Positions 39,055 to 51,787 of a stretch of DNA of 64,000 bases are shown here, in pieces. Below the pieces are notes generated by a model. The model had not been told where the DNA came from and searched no databases. It saw only the letters and a list, made by a program, of their open reading frames with translations. The translations under genes and the position numbers were made by a program. Each line of letters begins with the position of its first letter. Position 1 is the first letter of the stretch. Origin of the DNA: Octopus sinensis (lineage: Eukaryota); NCBI RefSeq assembly GCF_006345805.1, contig NC_042997.1, forward strand, positions 60,388,001-60,452,000, given 5' to 3'.

Positions 39055-39450
39055 TTATATTCTTTTACTTGTTTCAGTCATTTGACTGTGGTCATGCTGG
39101 AGCACCGCCTTTAGTCGAGCAAATCGACCCCAGGACTTATTCTTTGTAAGCCTAGTACTCATTCTATCGGTCTCTGTTGCCAAATCGCTAAGTTTCGGGG
39201 ACGTAAACACACCACCATCGGTTGTCAAGCAATGTTGGGGGGATAAACACAGACGCACAAACATATACACACATATACATATACATATACATATATATAT
39301 ATACATATATACGACGGGTTTCTTTCAGTTTCCGTCTACCAAATCCACTCACAAGGCTTTGGTCGACCCGTGGCTATAGTAGAAGACACTTGCCCAAGGT
39401 GCCACGCAGTGGGACTGAACCCAGAACCATGTGGTTGGTAAGCAAGCTAG
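39055..39450 (-). mobile_element. SINE family A, near full length
   Basis: Close reverse-complement match to 25328-25745. Confidence 0.9.
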
Positions 39451-39635
39451 GTCATTAATGACCAGATATAAATGATTTCATTTTCCAGTTATATGCAGAT
39501 GGTTGTTTTGGAATCTATTCCTCAGAGTGTATCTTTGTGATCTAAAGTTCAAATTAAAATTTTACCATTACGCAAATGCATGCAACATGTATACAGATAT
39601 ACTCACATATTCACACATTCATTCATCATATCTGT

Positions 39636-39683
<48 letters not shown>

Positions 39684-39714
39684 TGTGTTTGTTTGTAAAG
39701 TCAGTGAGCCAGTT

Positions 39715-39900
39715 GAATCGTTGGCAGGCCGGACAAAATGGTTAGCGGTATTTCTTCCGGCTTTACGTTCTGATTTCAAATTCCGTTGAGGTCGACTTTA
39801 CCTTTTCGTCTCTCCGGACATCAATAAAATAAATAGCTCTTGATTCTGTGATCGATGTAATCGACTAGACTCCTCCTCCAAAATTTCAAAATATGTTTCC
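39715..39900 (+). mobile_element. SINE family B, degenerate
   Basis: ttagcggtatttc..ttctgatttcaaattcc..gaggtcgacttt. Confidence 0.7.
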
Positions 39901-39926
39901 AACAGTAGAAAGAATATATATATATA

Positions 39927-39973
<47 letters not shown>

Positions 39974-39974
39974 A

Positions 39975-40032
<58 letters not shown>

Positions 40033-40065
40033 TGATCAAAATAAAAACATGATGCCAAGGATTCA

Positions 40066-40143
40066 GCGGTACATATGTTTCGGGCCTTTATTAGACAGAT
40101 TTATAACAATGCATAATGTATGTCTGTGGCCTTCTTCAGCCGC
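40066..40143 (-). ncRNA. Type I hammerhead ribozyme motif (left arm, mirror copy)
   Basis: Exact reverse complement of 40291-40368. Confidence 0.75.
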
Positions 40144-40290
40144 GCACAACAACTTCCACAAGGACATGTGTTACATCAAAAATTCTTGGTTGGGGATGCA
40201 AATCCTCTCATTCGCGTACGACTTGAGAGGATTTGCATCCCCAACCAAGAATTTTTGATGTAACACATGTCCTTGTGGAAGTTGTTGTGC

Positions 40291-40368
40291 GCGGCTGAAG
40301 AAGGCCACAGACATACATTATGCATTGTTATAAATCTGTCTAATAAAGGCCCGAAACATATGTACCGC
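40291..40368 (+). ncRNA. Type I hammerhead ribozyme motif (right arm)
   Basis: Stem I gcgg/ccgc; CTGAAGA 40295-301; stem II ggcc/ggcc extended by acaga/tctgt; GAAA 40353-56; palindromic stem III ACATATGT; GUA triplet (A40364). Confidence 0.75.
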
Positions 40369-41120
40369 TGAATCCTTGGCATCATGTTTTTATTTTGATC
40401 AATTTACTCCACCACCTACACCACCAAACGGTATATACAGGTGCTTACAATTATCAAGTACTCACCCCGAATTTCTGTACTCAACTATATATATATATAT
40501 ATATATATACATTTATAAACATGTGTGCGTGTGTGTGTATACATACACACACGCATTATGAATTATTTCATTGACTTCGACGTATGAACGTCCTGTTCGT
40601 TCAACTTGACGACTTACTCATCGAATTAATCGCCAAAGTGACTGAGTACTCCATACACAGCTGTACACTTAACGTAATTCTCAAGTATAATCATTGTTAC
40701 TCATGGGATGCAATCCAAAATTCGACGGTCTTATTGCCGCCTACTCTTATTCTCTCACGAGATTTGGCTCGTTTTCAGGTTGTAGCAAAATGCCAAGCAA
40801 TTGGATCGAAGATTGCAAAGAAAACTGCCTAACAATTCAGACATGGCTACGAAAGAAATTATTGTCTATCTAAATTAAATGCTTCATTTCTCTGTCTAAA
40901 TTAAATGTTTCTTTCGGGTGATGCCAAATGTTTTGCCTTTTCGTTTTTTCTCTAATTTATATCCAACCGCTCAAGGAGAAATCACTTCTAACCACCTTCG
41001 ATAGGCAGTTTCAATACCACACCCTCAGTTTCAGTGCAAGCCGGTGTTTTAGTGGTAAACCAAACTGAGCACTCATAGTAATACCTATTACTTTACGTAA
41101 ATTGATGAAAACTACTTGTA

Positions 41121-41179
<59 letters not shown>

Positions 41180-41508
41180 TTTCTCTCTCTTTCTCTCTCT
41201 GCATATATATATATATATACGTGTGTATATATATGTATGTATGTATGGATGGATGGATGGATGGATGGATGGATGGATGGCTATATGTATGTATGCATGT
41301 GTATGTATAAATATGTCTGTGTGTGTGTGTAGTGTCGTATACATATATGAATGCATGTATATAGTCTTTTATTTATACATATATATATATATATATATAT
41401 ACATATCCGTTATATAGACAAATAGACAAACAGACAGACAGGTATCTTTGCATACACTCATATATACATACAGTACATGCATATGTGTGTGTTTGCAAGC
41501 ACACACTC

Positions 41509-41543
<35 letters not shown>

Positions 41544-41739
41544 CGCGCACACGCACACACAAACAAATAGAGACACACACATATACGTGTACATACGAAT
41601 CCTGTACAGCTATATACTTAGCTTCTATAACATTTTGCTGTTTCTTTGAACATTGTTTTATTAACATCTTTTTCTGTTTATCTTTCTCCCTACTTTCACA
41701 TCACAAGTTTCTTTCTCACCAGCAGACGTTCACTTCTGC

Positions 41740-41828
41740 TGCTACTACTACTACTAGTACCGTTATTACTACCACCACCATCACCATCACCACCACTACT
41801 ACTACTACTACTACTAATAATAATAATA

Positions 41829-41877
<49 letters not shown>

Positions 41878-42060
41878 CTCTTTGCACATGTTAAAACGCT
41901 CGTTCTCCTCAAGCAGACGTGCACGATTCCATCATCCTAACCATCATCCCATCGTCATCATCACCATCCTCATCATCCTCATCATCCCCATCATCATCAC
42001 CATCACGATCCTCATCACCACCACCACCACCATCGTCGTCGTCGTCGTCGTCATCGTCTC
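41740..42060. repeat. Compound trinucleotide runs (ACT/ACC/AAT, CAT/CGT)
   Basis: Direct reading. Confidence 0.9.
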
Positions 42061-42554
42061 TATCACTGCCCTAGTCTCATTCTTCTTTATCTTATTATTT
42101 TTTTCCTACTCTTCTTCCTTTTCTTGTCTTGTTTCTTAGTCTTGACTTTTAAGCTTCAACTTAAGTTTTCTTTTCTTGCTTGCTTCCTTCCTTCCTTTTC
42201 TTCTAGTGACTAATCACCATAGCCGAGTGAGTATCTCATGTGAAAACATCTGTTTAGTATTTAACAGTGAAGACTGTATTTCCGACAGCCCCCCAAATGC
42301 AGGTGGTTGACTAACCAGATACCAAAACCTGGAGATAATTATTACTGGACTTTCGACAATTGGGGAATGCGTACGAAGTGCTAACCTCATCAGTATAATC
42401 TTTTCCTCTTCATTATAACGCATCATCATTATCATCATCATCAACATCCTTCCGGGTTCAATAAAAAGAAAATATTAGTCATGAACTATGCTTTATTTAA
42501 CTGACTACCCGCCTCCTTACCTTGTGCCTATGTAAGAATCGTTTGCACACGGGA

Positions 42555-42740
42555 CCTAATTCTTAGCTGTATTTCATCCTTAGTTTATGAATTCAAATAC
42601 TGCTGAAGTCGACTTTGCCTTTCATCCTTTTGGGACAGGGTCGATAAAAGAAGTACCAGTCAAGTACTTGGGTCAATATAATAGGCTCCTCGCTCTCCTC
42701 AAAAAACCGCTGGCCCTGTGCCAAAAATTGAAACCATTAT
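42555..42740 (+). mobile_element. SINE family B variant, degenerate
   Basis: gtcgactttgcctttcatcc..gtcgataaaagaagtaccag..ggccctgtgccaaaa. Confidence 0.7.
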
Positions 42741-44424
42741 GACTATTATTATCTTCTTCTTTCAGTTTTGTTTCCATTTCTTACCGAGTTTCTTCCCAAC
42801 ACCTAGGGCAAAGAAACTCACTGTATACATTGGTAGGCCATTAAAATAAACACACCAGGTTGTTCGTTTACCAAGTCATGTGATAGAAAAAATGGGAAGA
42901 AAGGCAGAAGAAAGAAGGAAAAAGAAAAAATATGAAAAGAAAAAGAAAGCAAAGAAAAATAAGTGGGAGAAGAAAATTCACAGTGACAATGCTCTTTTCA
43001 ATACGTGTGACGTACCAGTTAGGACAATTTTTTGCACTTCCTGCATGGATAGAATTAGTATGCTCCTTCCAAATACGCATCCTTCAGTTGCTCTTCAATC
43101 TTCTCGAAGTTGATCCGCTAAATCAATTTCTTGATACAGATTCAGCGGACTTCCCTTGAATCCTGCAACTTCGTCACGAGCTTCATACTTTTATCCCAGC
43201 TTCCACGTCACCTTCGCCGAAAAGCGGTCTTAAAACGGCGTTATTCTCGTACCCATTGTGAGTATCGATAGTAGAAAGGCAAAAAAGGAAAAAAGAAATA
43301 TATCCCCATCACAGATAAACAGAGTGCCGAAATAGATTGACTATGTCGATATCAATCGGATTTGTCTACTGTGAGAGACTAACACAACACATTTGGATTT
43401 TTTGTTGCTGCTTTATGGGAGGTCGCCTGCTTGTTTGTTTTCTGTTTGTCTGCTTGTTTGTTTTTTCTTTCTCCATTTCTAATACTAAAAGACTTGTTTC
43501 TAAAAACAAAACAAAATTCTTGCCGCACATATAAATTCCCAGCACCACCGTTAATTGTCCCATTTCTAATCTGTTAATTAGCCAGCCTAGTCTGTGAATG
43601 CTTTTTATTCAAAATATGTATTTTCTCAGTCACCTTGATTATCCAGTAAGTACTAATAGGACCAGGGATGCCTTAGCAACATTGTGAGCCCTCGAATAAA
43701 TCAATGCACCGAGTCCTGTAATATTTATGGACAGCAATCTATGGTATATATAAATCAGAATTAGGTCCCTGAACCCGTGGGGGCTCTGAGTAACAGCCCA
43801 GTGTATCTATGCCAGTGGCTTACCAATGGGAGTCTCCAAAGATCTGTGAGCTAAGTTCAAAATTCCAAGAGACTGCAGTGTAAAATATGTAATTATAATT
43901 AGTTCAAAAATGACGTTACGCAATGTTACATACTTTTTTAATATGACATTCCTCGTAAATTTCATGTAAATAAATATCGGTACGACTGCTTCATGAAAGC
44001 AGAAATAGAAATATAAAGTTACTTGTTTATAGCAATATAAAATTACTTGTTTCATTGTCTGAAGATCAACATGAAACTGGAAAAATAATTTGTCTATTCA
44101 AAGCAACCATATGAAATCCTCATCAACAAATCGTTGTTTACTGAAGGTTATGTTTTGACTGCATAAGTAATACGAAGTTCAGTTCTATTTTATTAATCAT
44201 TAACAGTAAATTCAAATCCACTTCTGCTGCATAGCGCCATTTAATTTTCAATTAATTTGAATTTCGGAGTTGACTCCCTTGTTTTTCTTGAAAATTATAA
44301 CTAAAGCAAACGTTTATTTTTATTCTTCACTAAAAATATAATATCAATTATTGAAACGAAGTTGGAGTGGAGTGGTTAATTACATTAAATACTTTAACCT
44401 CTTCCTCCTACTCCCTACTAAATG

Positions 44425-44650
44425 TGGGCGCAGATTTGGTTTAGGTGGCTAATGAACTCGCTTCGCAACCATGTGGTCTCAGATTCGATCCACATCATAG
44501 CATCTAGCCTCGTATCGACCCAAACCTTGTGAGTGAAAATGAGAATCCGGGTGGACTATACTTGTAATACAATCGTCCAGCCTTGCACGTAATGTGATGC
44601 ACAAATTCAGCTTAGGAACTGTATTAAGAGTGTGCGTGTGACTGGGGAAT
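44425..44650 (+). mobile_element. Highly degenerate tRNA-derived SINE
   Basis: Head gggcgcag..cgcaaccatgtggt..attcgatcc, plus ccttgtgagtg and ttgcacgtaat remnants. Confidence 0.45.
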
Positions 44651-45464
44651 CGGCCACATACTCGCTAATTTAAGGAGTCGAATAACTTAATGCTTCTCAG
44701 GGAAACAGACAGTACTTCATGAGAAGGGAATCTCTGGCAAATTTCCTCCACTTTTATTTTAATTTGCTTAATTTGCGAATGTCTTTTACTCAAAATCCTT
44801 CTTCTTTCACTCACCTTGGGTCTAATAAGTACTTGAAGGCCCAATTTTCCCAACTTGTGATTCACTGATTCCTAGAAATTCGTGAGTTAAATTCAAACTT
44901 CCAAGACGCTGCAGTGTAAAATGTATGCTTAATCACGATAAGGCTGATAAAAAAAAATTTGAGAGTCATTTCCAAATCTTAAGGAATAGTTTAATATATT
45001 TAGATCATATTTATAATGACTAACCGATATAAGTGTTTGTCATTGAACCCGAAATTCAAACATAGTATCAACAAATCAGTATCAGCAATCTCATTAAACA
45101 ACTTAGATTTGTATTATTTTTACACCACTATTTATTTAATTGCATATTCCTTCAATAGAACGATGAAACTGGGAAAACGAGTTTGTTATTAATTACTTAA
45201 ACCAGCTTCTTGATTAAACAGAACTTCCAACTGCCTGAGCTGCGCCGAAACATTTATTTAAATAAAAGAAATCCTTGATAATGAAAAGGTTGGAAATCAT
45301 CGAGTTTGATTTAAATAAGACCGAAACGTGTCTGAAAATTTTACCGTACTTGCCAGACATCAGACTCACTCTCTACTGTGTGTTTCCACTCCATTTTATG
45401 TCATTTTGGTTTTGAGAGTTATCACTCTTTCCTTTCTTGACAAAAATTATCATTAAATAAATAA

Positions 45465-45640
45465 GAGTAGACCATAAGCGATATGGCTGGATAATATCTA
45501 TTGTCTCGGTTGGTCACGCTTGGGAATCCATCAGGAAAATGTAATGGCGGTTGCTTCTGATAGGACTTTATTGAGATGACTGAGGACATTACCCCGAAGA
45601 CCCTTACAGGAATTGTGGTTCGAAAATGTGGATGGACAAA
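45465..45640 (+). mobile_element. RTE-clade LINE 3' end fragment
   Basis: WLDNIYCLGWSRLGIHQENVMAVASDRTLL..LPRRP, homologous to the 3' end of the element at 31680-31860. Confidence 0.7.
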
Positions 45641-46189
45641 ATCCTTTTCTTTTCATTACGAGAGTAATGTTAATAAATTAATAAATTTGGGGATTTACTT
45701 CAATATGTTTGTTGCCAGTCCCCGTTTAATAATAACTGGAGGAGCCAACGAGAGCTTCTATACTTGCCAAAAGGTTAAAGTCAAACAACAGATTTGTCAA
45801 CTATCTCTAGCGGGTCGAGAGACCACGTAAAAGCTCTCTTGTTCTGTCGTTGATGCTATCGTTGTTGCGACTGCTATAGAAATCAGTTATCACCATATGA
45901 AAGTTTGGTCTCTTTTAACAATACAATCTAGTTCAAGGAAGTTAGGAATTGAATTTTATGGCTGTTCTTATCTTTCCCCAGGGTCCTAGGGGTGTAAGTG
46001 AAGGAGAATAGCTTCCGTCAGAAATTGAAACTAAAGTAAAGTCTGTATACCAGGGAACTATTTACTTTTTGCTTTGCGGTCTGCATTTTATAACAAAGTT
46101 ACTGGAAATATTGATTCCTTTTGTCAAAGTACAGATGCATTGCATTGGTGACAAAAGTCTGAATTGAAGTGATGTGATTACTTTTTACC

Positions 46190-46655
46190 CTTTTACTTGG
46201 TTCAATCATTGGACTGCAGCTACACCGGGGCATCACTTCGAAGGGTTTATTTGAAGAAATCTACTCCAGTATGTATTTTTTTAAGTGTGGTACTTATTCT
46301 ATCAGTCTCTTTTTACCGAACGTAAGGGAACGTAAATAAACTAATACCAGTTGTCCAGCGGTGATGGGGACGAACACACACACACTCACACACACACACG
46401 TATGCACACACAGACATACATGCATGCATACATACATACATACATGCATACATACATACATACATACATACATACATACATACATACATACATACATACA
46501 TACATACAAACAATGGGCTTTCCTACAGCTTCCATCATCCAAATTCACTCACAAGGCATTGGTTGACTCAGAGCTATAGTAGAAAACGCTTGTCCAAGGT
46601 GTCGTGCAGTGTCATTGAAACCGAAACCATGTGATTGCAAAGCGAGCTTCTTAAC
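46190..46655 (-). mobile_element. SINE family A with internal (TACA)n
   Basis: Reverse-complement match. Confidence 0.8.
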
Positions 46656-46844
46656 CACTGATGTCCATGCCTTTCTACTAATATTATCAATATAACTGGA
46701 GTGAAATGCCATTAATTGATTAACAAAGCTAGGTCGCAGTCTCAGTCTATCGAGGATTTACTGTTTAGCTCTGTTATCTTCACAACAGCATATATTTTGA
46801 TTAAGCACATTGATTCAATATTTTGATAATTATAATTGGAGGAT

Positions 46845-47050
46845 GGCGATGTGGCAGGCTCATTAGAGTGTCTGAAAAAACACTCTACAGTACTTGTACC
46901 GCTCTATACGTTCTGAGTTCAAATCCTGCTGAAATCAACTTTACCTCTTGTCCCTTTCGGGATCGATAAAATAAAGTACCAGTCAAATAATGGAGGCTGT
47001 AGAACCGACTAATACTTTCCCTTCAAAATTGTAGTCCCTCAGTTTATTTC
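46845..47050 (+). mobile_element. SINE family B variant, degenerate
   Basis: acgttctgagttcaaatcc..tcgataaaataaagtaccagt. Confidence 0.7.
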
Positions 47051-47821
47051 AGAAACTGTTGAATAGAATGGTTCTATAATTTGATAACACACAATGGTTC
47101 AGCGTTTTATACAACTACGATCGTCCTGTTGTTTGATTAGGTATAATGGTTCTACATTTTGATAAAGCACAACGGCCTTATATTTTGATTAGATACAGTG
47201 ATTCTATATTCTAATTCATTCACAATGTCTTTATATTTTAATTAGATGTAATGCTCTTTTATTTTCAGAGAGACCGAGGAAGGTCAAAACCACGTGACCT
47301 GGTGGTCTCGCCGCGTGAGATGGCAGGGATTTATCTCCCCACTAGCGATATAACAAGAGGGCATTTTGCACCAAAAGCCAACATGAGAGTTTCTTTCATG
47401 GTATCTGCTGCAGTACAGTTTGTTGTAACAGAACATCCACGTTTAAGTAAGGATAAATATTACCTCTAGACAAAGAAGTGGCTTTGCCTTTCCCATTGAA
47501 TTTTGTATAAGACACTGAAGTCCGACCATTTTTCTCAGATATTGCCAGTTCTAGGAATACCGACTCACCGTATTCCCACCTTGAGTCACCAGTACCGTTT
47601 TCCTGTTTCTCCAAACTTCTACGTTCTCGTGGTTTCAAATTTTGTCACAAGGGTCGTAATTTTAAGGAGTGGGGCTAAGTCGATTACATCGACCCCAGTA
47701 CTTCACTGGTACTTATTTTATCGACTCTGATATGACGAAAGGCAAAGTCAACCACTGAAAAAAATTCCTATCTTCTGATGCCACATGTTACTAACTCTTG
47801 TACATTTGTCATGATCTAGTC

Positions 47822-47912
47822 CAGTGGTTCCCAGCCTTTTCACTTTGAATAAGTTTTCTCACTGCCCCCTTTTTAATATGCATATCCTTATGCATGTGTG
47901 TGTGTGTGTGTG

Positions 47913-47965
<53 letters not shown>

Positions 47966-48028
47966 TGAAATTTTGAATTTAGTTCACGGACCACCAGGGG
48001 TCAGTGGACCACAGGTTGGGAACCACTG
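47822..48028. mobile_element. hAT-Charlie-type MITE with 8 bp TSD
   Basis: TIRs cagtggttcccagcct / aggttgggaaccactg. Perfect TSD atctagtc (47814-21, 48029-36), resembling the Charlie NTCTAGAN target. Confidence 0.9.
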
Positions 48029-48069
48029 ATCTAGTCAGAGGAAGAAGGACAACTCAAGATCAGTAAAAG

Positions 48070-48350
48070 ATCAATGAGGATGATAGATGAAATTGAAGTT
48101 CATGAAGATGATGTTCAGTTAGGATTGATGAAGTTGGTGAGGATGATGCTCAGTTGGGATTGATGAGACTAATGAAGTTGATGAGGAAGATGTTCAATTC
48201 AGATTTATGAGATTGATGTGACTGATGAAGTTGATAAGGATAACGACTAGCTCTCAAATTGGTAAGATAGATGAGACTGATGAAGTTGATAAGGATGGTG
48301 TGCAATTGAGATTAATGAGATTGATGAGAATGACGAAGTTGATGATGCCC
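48070..48350. repeat. Degenerate minisatellite, ~35-55 bp units
   Basis: Six recurrences of ttgatgagactgatgaagttgat(a/g)agga-like units of unequal length. Confidence 0.7.
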
Positions 48351-49504
48351 ACCGGAAACATGTGGGTGGGCATGGAATCTCAGAAGGATGCAGTTCTAGG
48401 AAATAATGAACGTTTAGGGTTAGGTTTGGGGCGAGACGCAGTAAGAGTAATGATAGAGCAGAGTGTCGAGGAGGAAATGTGCATGCACCAGATGGGCTTG
48501 GAGGAAAAGGTCATGTACTTGCTCATTAGAGGAGCAGTAAACTTGGAGTAATAGTAGAAACAACAGAAAGAAATAATACAAAAAAAGCTTACATCCTTCT
48601 TGTAGGAAATTCATCTAACACTATGCAAGAAACAGAAGCTTTACTTGGTTCCTCTTGGTTATTTTAAATTTTTATTTTCCCCAGAACCAGATGTAAAATA
48701 TAAATTTATAAATATTAGAATTAGAAAAATAACATTAAAAATAACATTTGTTAGAATTAGAAAAATAAGATTAAGACAATTTAATTCCTTTTTTTCCTTT
48801 TTCTTTTTGACTTTTTTTAAAGATATATGATCATGTTAGAGGCAGACAAGAATGATTAACCAAAATAGAAATACAGGATAATCTCTATTTGGTGAATAGA
48901 TGCTTTCTTTTTTCTAATTTACAAATGCCAACTAAGTGGGTCCCGTAGGAAAATAAAGCAAAATAAAACACAGAGTAAGAAAGTGCGCAAGTGTGAGAAC
49001 TAAAAAAATTACACGCGGGTTTTGTTTGCATTTTTGTTTTGTTTTTTCTTTGGTTTTGTGGTTCTGCTTTTTTTCGTTGGTTTGGTTCTTTTTCTTGTTG
49101 GGGGTTTGAGTTTTTTTTTTAATTATTGCTATAGTGTTAAACTGTTATCTATATGAAATAAACTGTACAGAGGAGAGACACGTCATATTTCTATGGTGGC
49201 TTGGAATGCGACTAAAACTCGTACGACTATACATGTGCACTCATACACCCACACATACACACACATAGACGCGCACGCGCATACACATCCGCACATGGAT
49301 ACATACACACATAGGTACATACCAACACGAACAGACAGATGCATAAAAATGTGGAAATGTTTTAAATTCAAGATAAAGTCAGTATTACTGTAGACTGGCT
49401 GTGGTTTTTGGCCAGTAATTCAATCAGCTTTCCAAGCATACCTCTAAATTCTATCCCAATCTCTACTTAAACAAAAATATTTCTCTATAAAGTGTATAAC
49501 GTTA

Positions 49505-49640
49505 ATGTATCTCTTTGCTTTCATTCTTTCAGGGTCGATGAAATAAGTACCAGTCACGTATTGTAGTTGATGAATTCGACTAGCCCCTCCCCTAAAAATA
49601 AACATTTCAGAGCTTGTGCCAATGGTAGAAAGGGTTATTA
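49505..49640 (+). mobile_element. SINE family B variant 3' part, ending in (TAT)n
   Basis: gggtcgatgaaataagtaccagt..cttgtgcc..gtagaaagggttattatt. Confidence 0.7.
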
Positions 49641-49965
49641 TTATTACCTCCACCTTATCAAAGGTGGAGGTATTGTTTTCAATCGTATTTGTTTGTTTGT
49701 TTGTCTGTTGACAAGATATCTCAAGAACCACTGGATGGATTGGGATGAAACTTTCAGGAATGCTCGTGCCAGTCAAAAATAATCCAGAATCTTTGTCCGG
49801 ACAAGGATTCTGGATTGTTTTTCCGGGTTTTTTTACTTAATTTTTGAGAGCGGTCGTGTTCATTTTTATTATTCTCGTTTGTGAGAGTAGTCGACTTTAT
49901 TTCAGATATTCTCATTTTAAAAATCATCTCTTGCTAATCGTTGAGAGGACGTTGGTGTTGTCTTG

Positions 49966-51756
49966 TCGTTATTGTTGTATTTGAGTCGGTTGAGTTTGAT
50001 GCGTGTAGACTCCATGTGAGTACTGTTATTAAACTGTTATATTGCTGAATTGTTGGATTTATTGTTGTCTGAAATTGTTGGATTTTTGTTATCTGAATTT
50101 TTGTTTTTCTCCCCCATTTATAGGTGAAGTTGTAAATAATATTGTTATGGAAGTAAACTAGTACAAGCGGGCAGTTACGCTGCGGTGACTGGTAAAGGTC
50201 TAACAGCAGATACACTGCAAGTTAGAGAAATTAAATTGGAAGAAACAGACTTCAAGAAAGGAGGGAAACAGCCTGAGGTTGACGCCTCCTAAGGAAGTCG
50301 TAGAAAAAACAGAAAGAAGAACCATAATATATAGAACGCTGAATACTGCAACGAAAAAAGTGGAAATAGCAGTAGTGGAGACAGTTGAGGAGTGTTTGAG
50401 AGAGGTTACAGATTCAACGACGTTCTACACCAGAGGAACGAAGTACGGCACAGTGGAGGTGTGCTTCGTGAGTGAGGAAAAAGCGAGAAAGTACTCCACT
50501 GTGCCTTTGAGATCGGCTGAGTGGGCACTAATACCGACTTACTGTGGAAAACGTGTAGCCAGAGTAAGAATATGTAGAATGCCCCCAGAAATTGATGAGG
50601 CGTGGCTGGTGGCAGCCATCCTCTATGATACAGAGGAGGACACCCAAATATTGAAAATGACGAGAACTACGGAGGTGAACTGCTGGAGGGTATGGACTGG
50701 AGTTATCGGTTCATATAAGCTTGCCAGACCTCCACAAGATTGCGGAAAAAATGGTACTGCCAGACGAGACGAGGTTGAGAATTGTTGTGGAAGGAAGACC
50801 GCCTGTATGCTTCTATGTGGAGTAAGGGGACACATGAAAGCTTAAGTATACCCAGAAACACGAAGAGGAGGAGACAGAGAAAGAATATCAGGAAGAAGAG
50901 AGTGCAACCGTAGAGGAGGAAAAAATGGAAGACACAGTGGTAAAAAGGAAGAAAAGTAATACAGACTCACCACCAAAAAGTCATAGGAAGAAAAGAAAGG
51001 CAAGTGGAGAGGAAACGCAGAGTGAAAAACAAGAGAATACGAACGAGAAGAGAAAAATGAAAGGTCAATAAAAGTAAGTGAGGAACGACCGCAGAGACCA
51101 TCAAATAGCAAGGAGGAAAGAGCACGGAAGAGAAAGGAAAATAAAGAGAGATGATAGCAACACAGAATGAGAGACAGACAGAGATAGAAATGCCAGCGGC
51201 AGAGGAGGGGTTGGTGAGGAGAGAAGGAGAGTGACACCAAAAAAGGAAAAACCTGAGAATGATGGTGCAATACACAAAAAGTGTAGAGATAGAGAAAAAG
51301 ATTGCGAAGGTGAAGAACGTTATCAGAGTGAAATTAAGGGCCAAGGAGAATAATGAAGGTTTGAAAGCTGTTTTGCTGAAAAAAGAAAGAGGGGATAGAT
51401 TGAAGGAGTTGTTTGGTGAAAGAATAGAGATGACAAGGATACAGATTTGTTACGACGAATTTCCGCCGCCGGTGGCTTTCGAAGATTTAATGGAATATAT
51501 TTTATAAATAGTGACTTTGTGTGAATTTTAAAAAAATAAAGAAAACCAACAGATGCAAGACAGATATTGAACTGTTAATAAATCTTCATTTAAAAAGATA
51601 AAAATGGAACTGCCTGATTATGGGGGGGGGGCATTCCATCCTCATTTTTCATTATACCCAAAATTCATTCGATATGTGTTTTTATGTACCCCATTGTATT
51701 TTGTCTGTTTTTGTGTTGTCCCTTCTTTATAGAGGCCTTGTGCCTAATAAAAAATC
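49966..51756 (+). mobile_element. ORF1-only L1/Tx1-like element, copy 1 (decayed RRM-like + CCHC knuckle ORF)
   Basis: SYAAV start motif; YGTVEVCFVSEEKA..LIPTYCGKRVARVRI; RIVVEGRPPVCF.CGVRGHMKA; K/E-rich linker; stop at 51507; AATAAA 51746-51. No endonuclease or RT sequence. Confidence 0.7.
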
Positions 51757-51787
51757 AGGTCGTTGGTGTTGCCTTGGCGGAGGTTTG

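Larger units (their letters stand above)
40028..40406. repeat. Perfect 183 bp inverted repeat with 13 bp spacer
   Basis: 40028-40210 is the exact reverse complement of 40224-40406; spacer ttcgcgtacgact. The two ORF-track entries share an identical 54 aa N-terminus. Confidence 0.95.

Noticed and set aside
40049-40385. Twin 69 aa ORFs on opposite strands
   Set aside because: A by-product of the perfect inverted repeat; no coding signature.
42335-42400. Minus-strand CTGATGA...GAAA...GTA hammerhead-like spacing
   Set aside because: Stem II is weak, position 15.2-16.2 is a G-G mismatch and stem I is out of register. It might be a decayed copy but cannot be supported from this copy alone.
43830-44925. 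~60 bp diverged direct repeat at about 43830-43895 and 44865-44925
   Set aside because: Too short and diverged to call LTRs; no internal retroelement coding sequence seen between them.
48200-48300. Repeated CTGATGA
   Set aside because: Part of the degenerate minisatellite, with no GAAA or stems.
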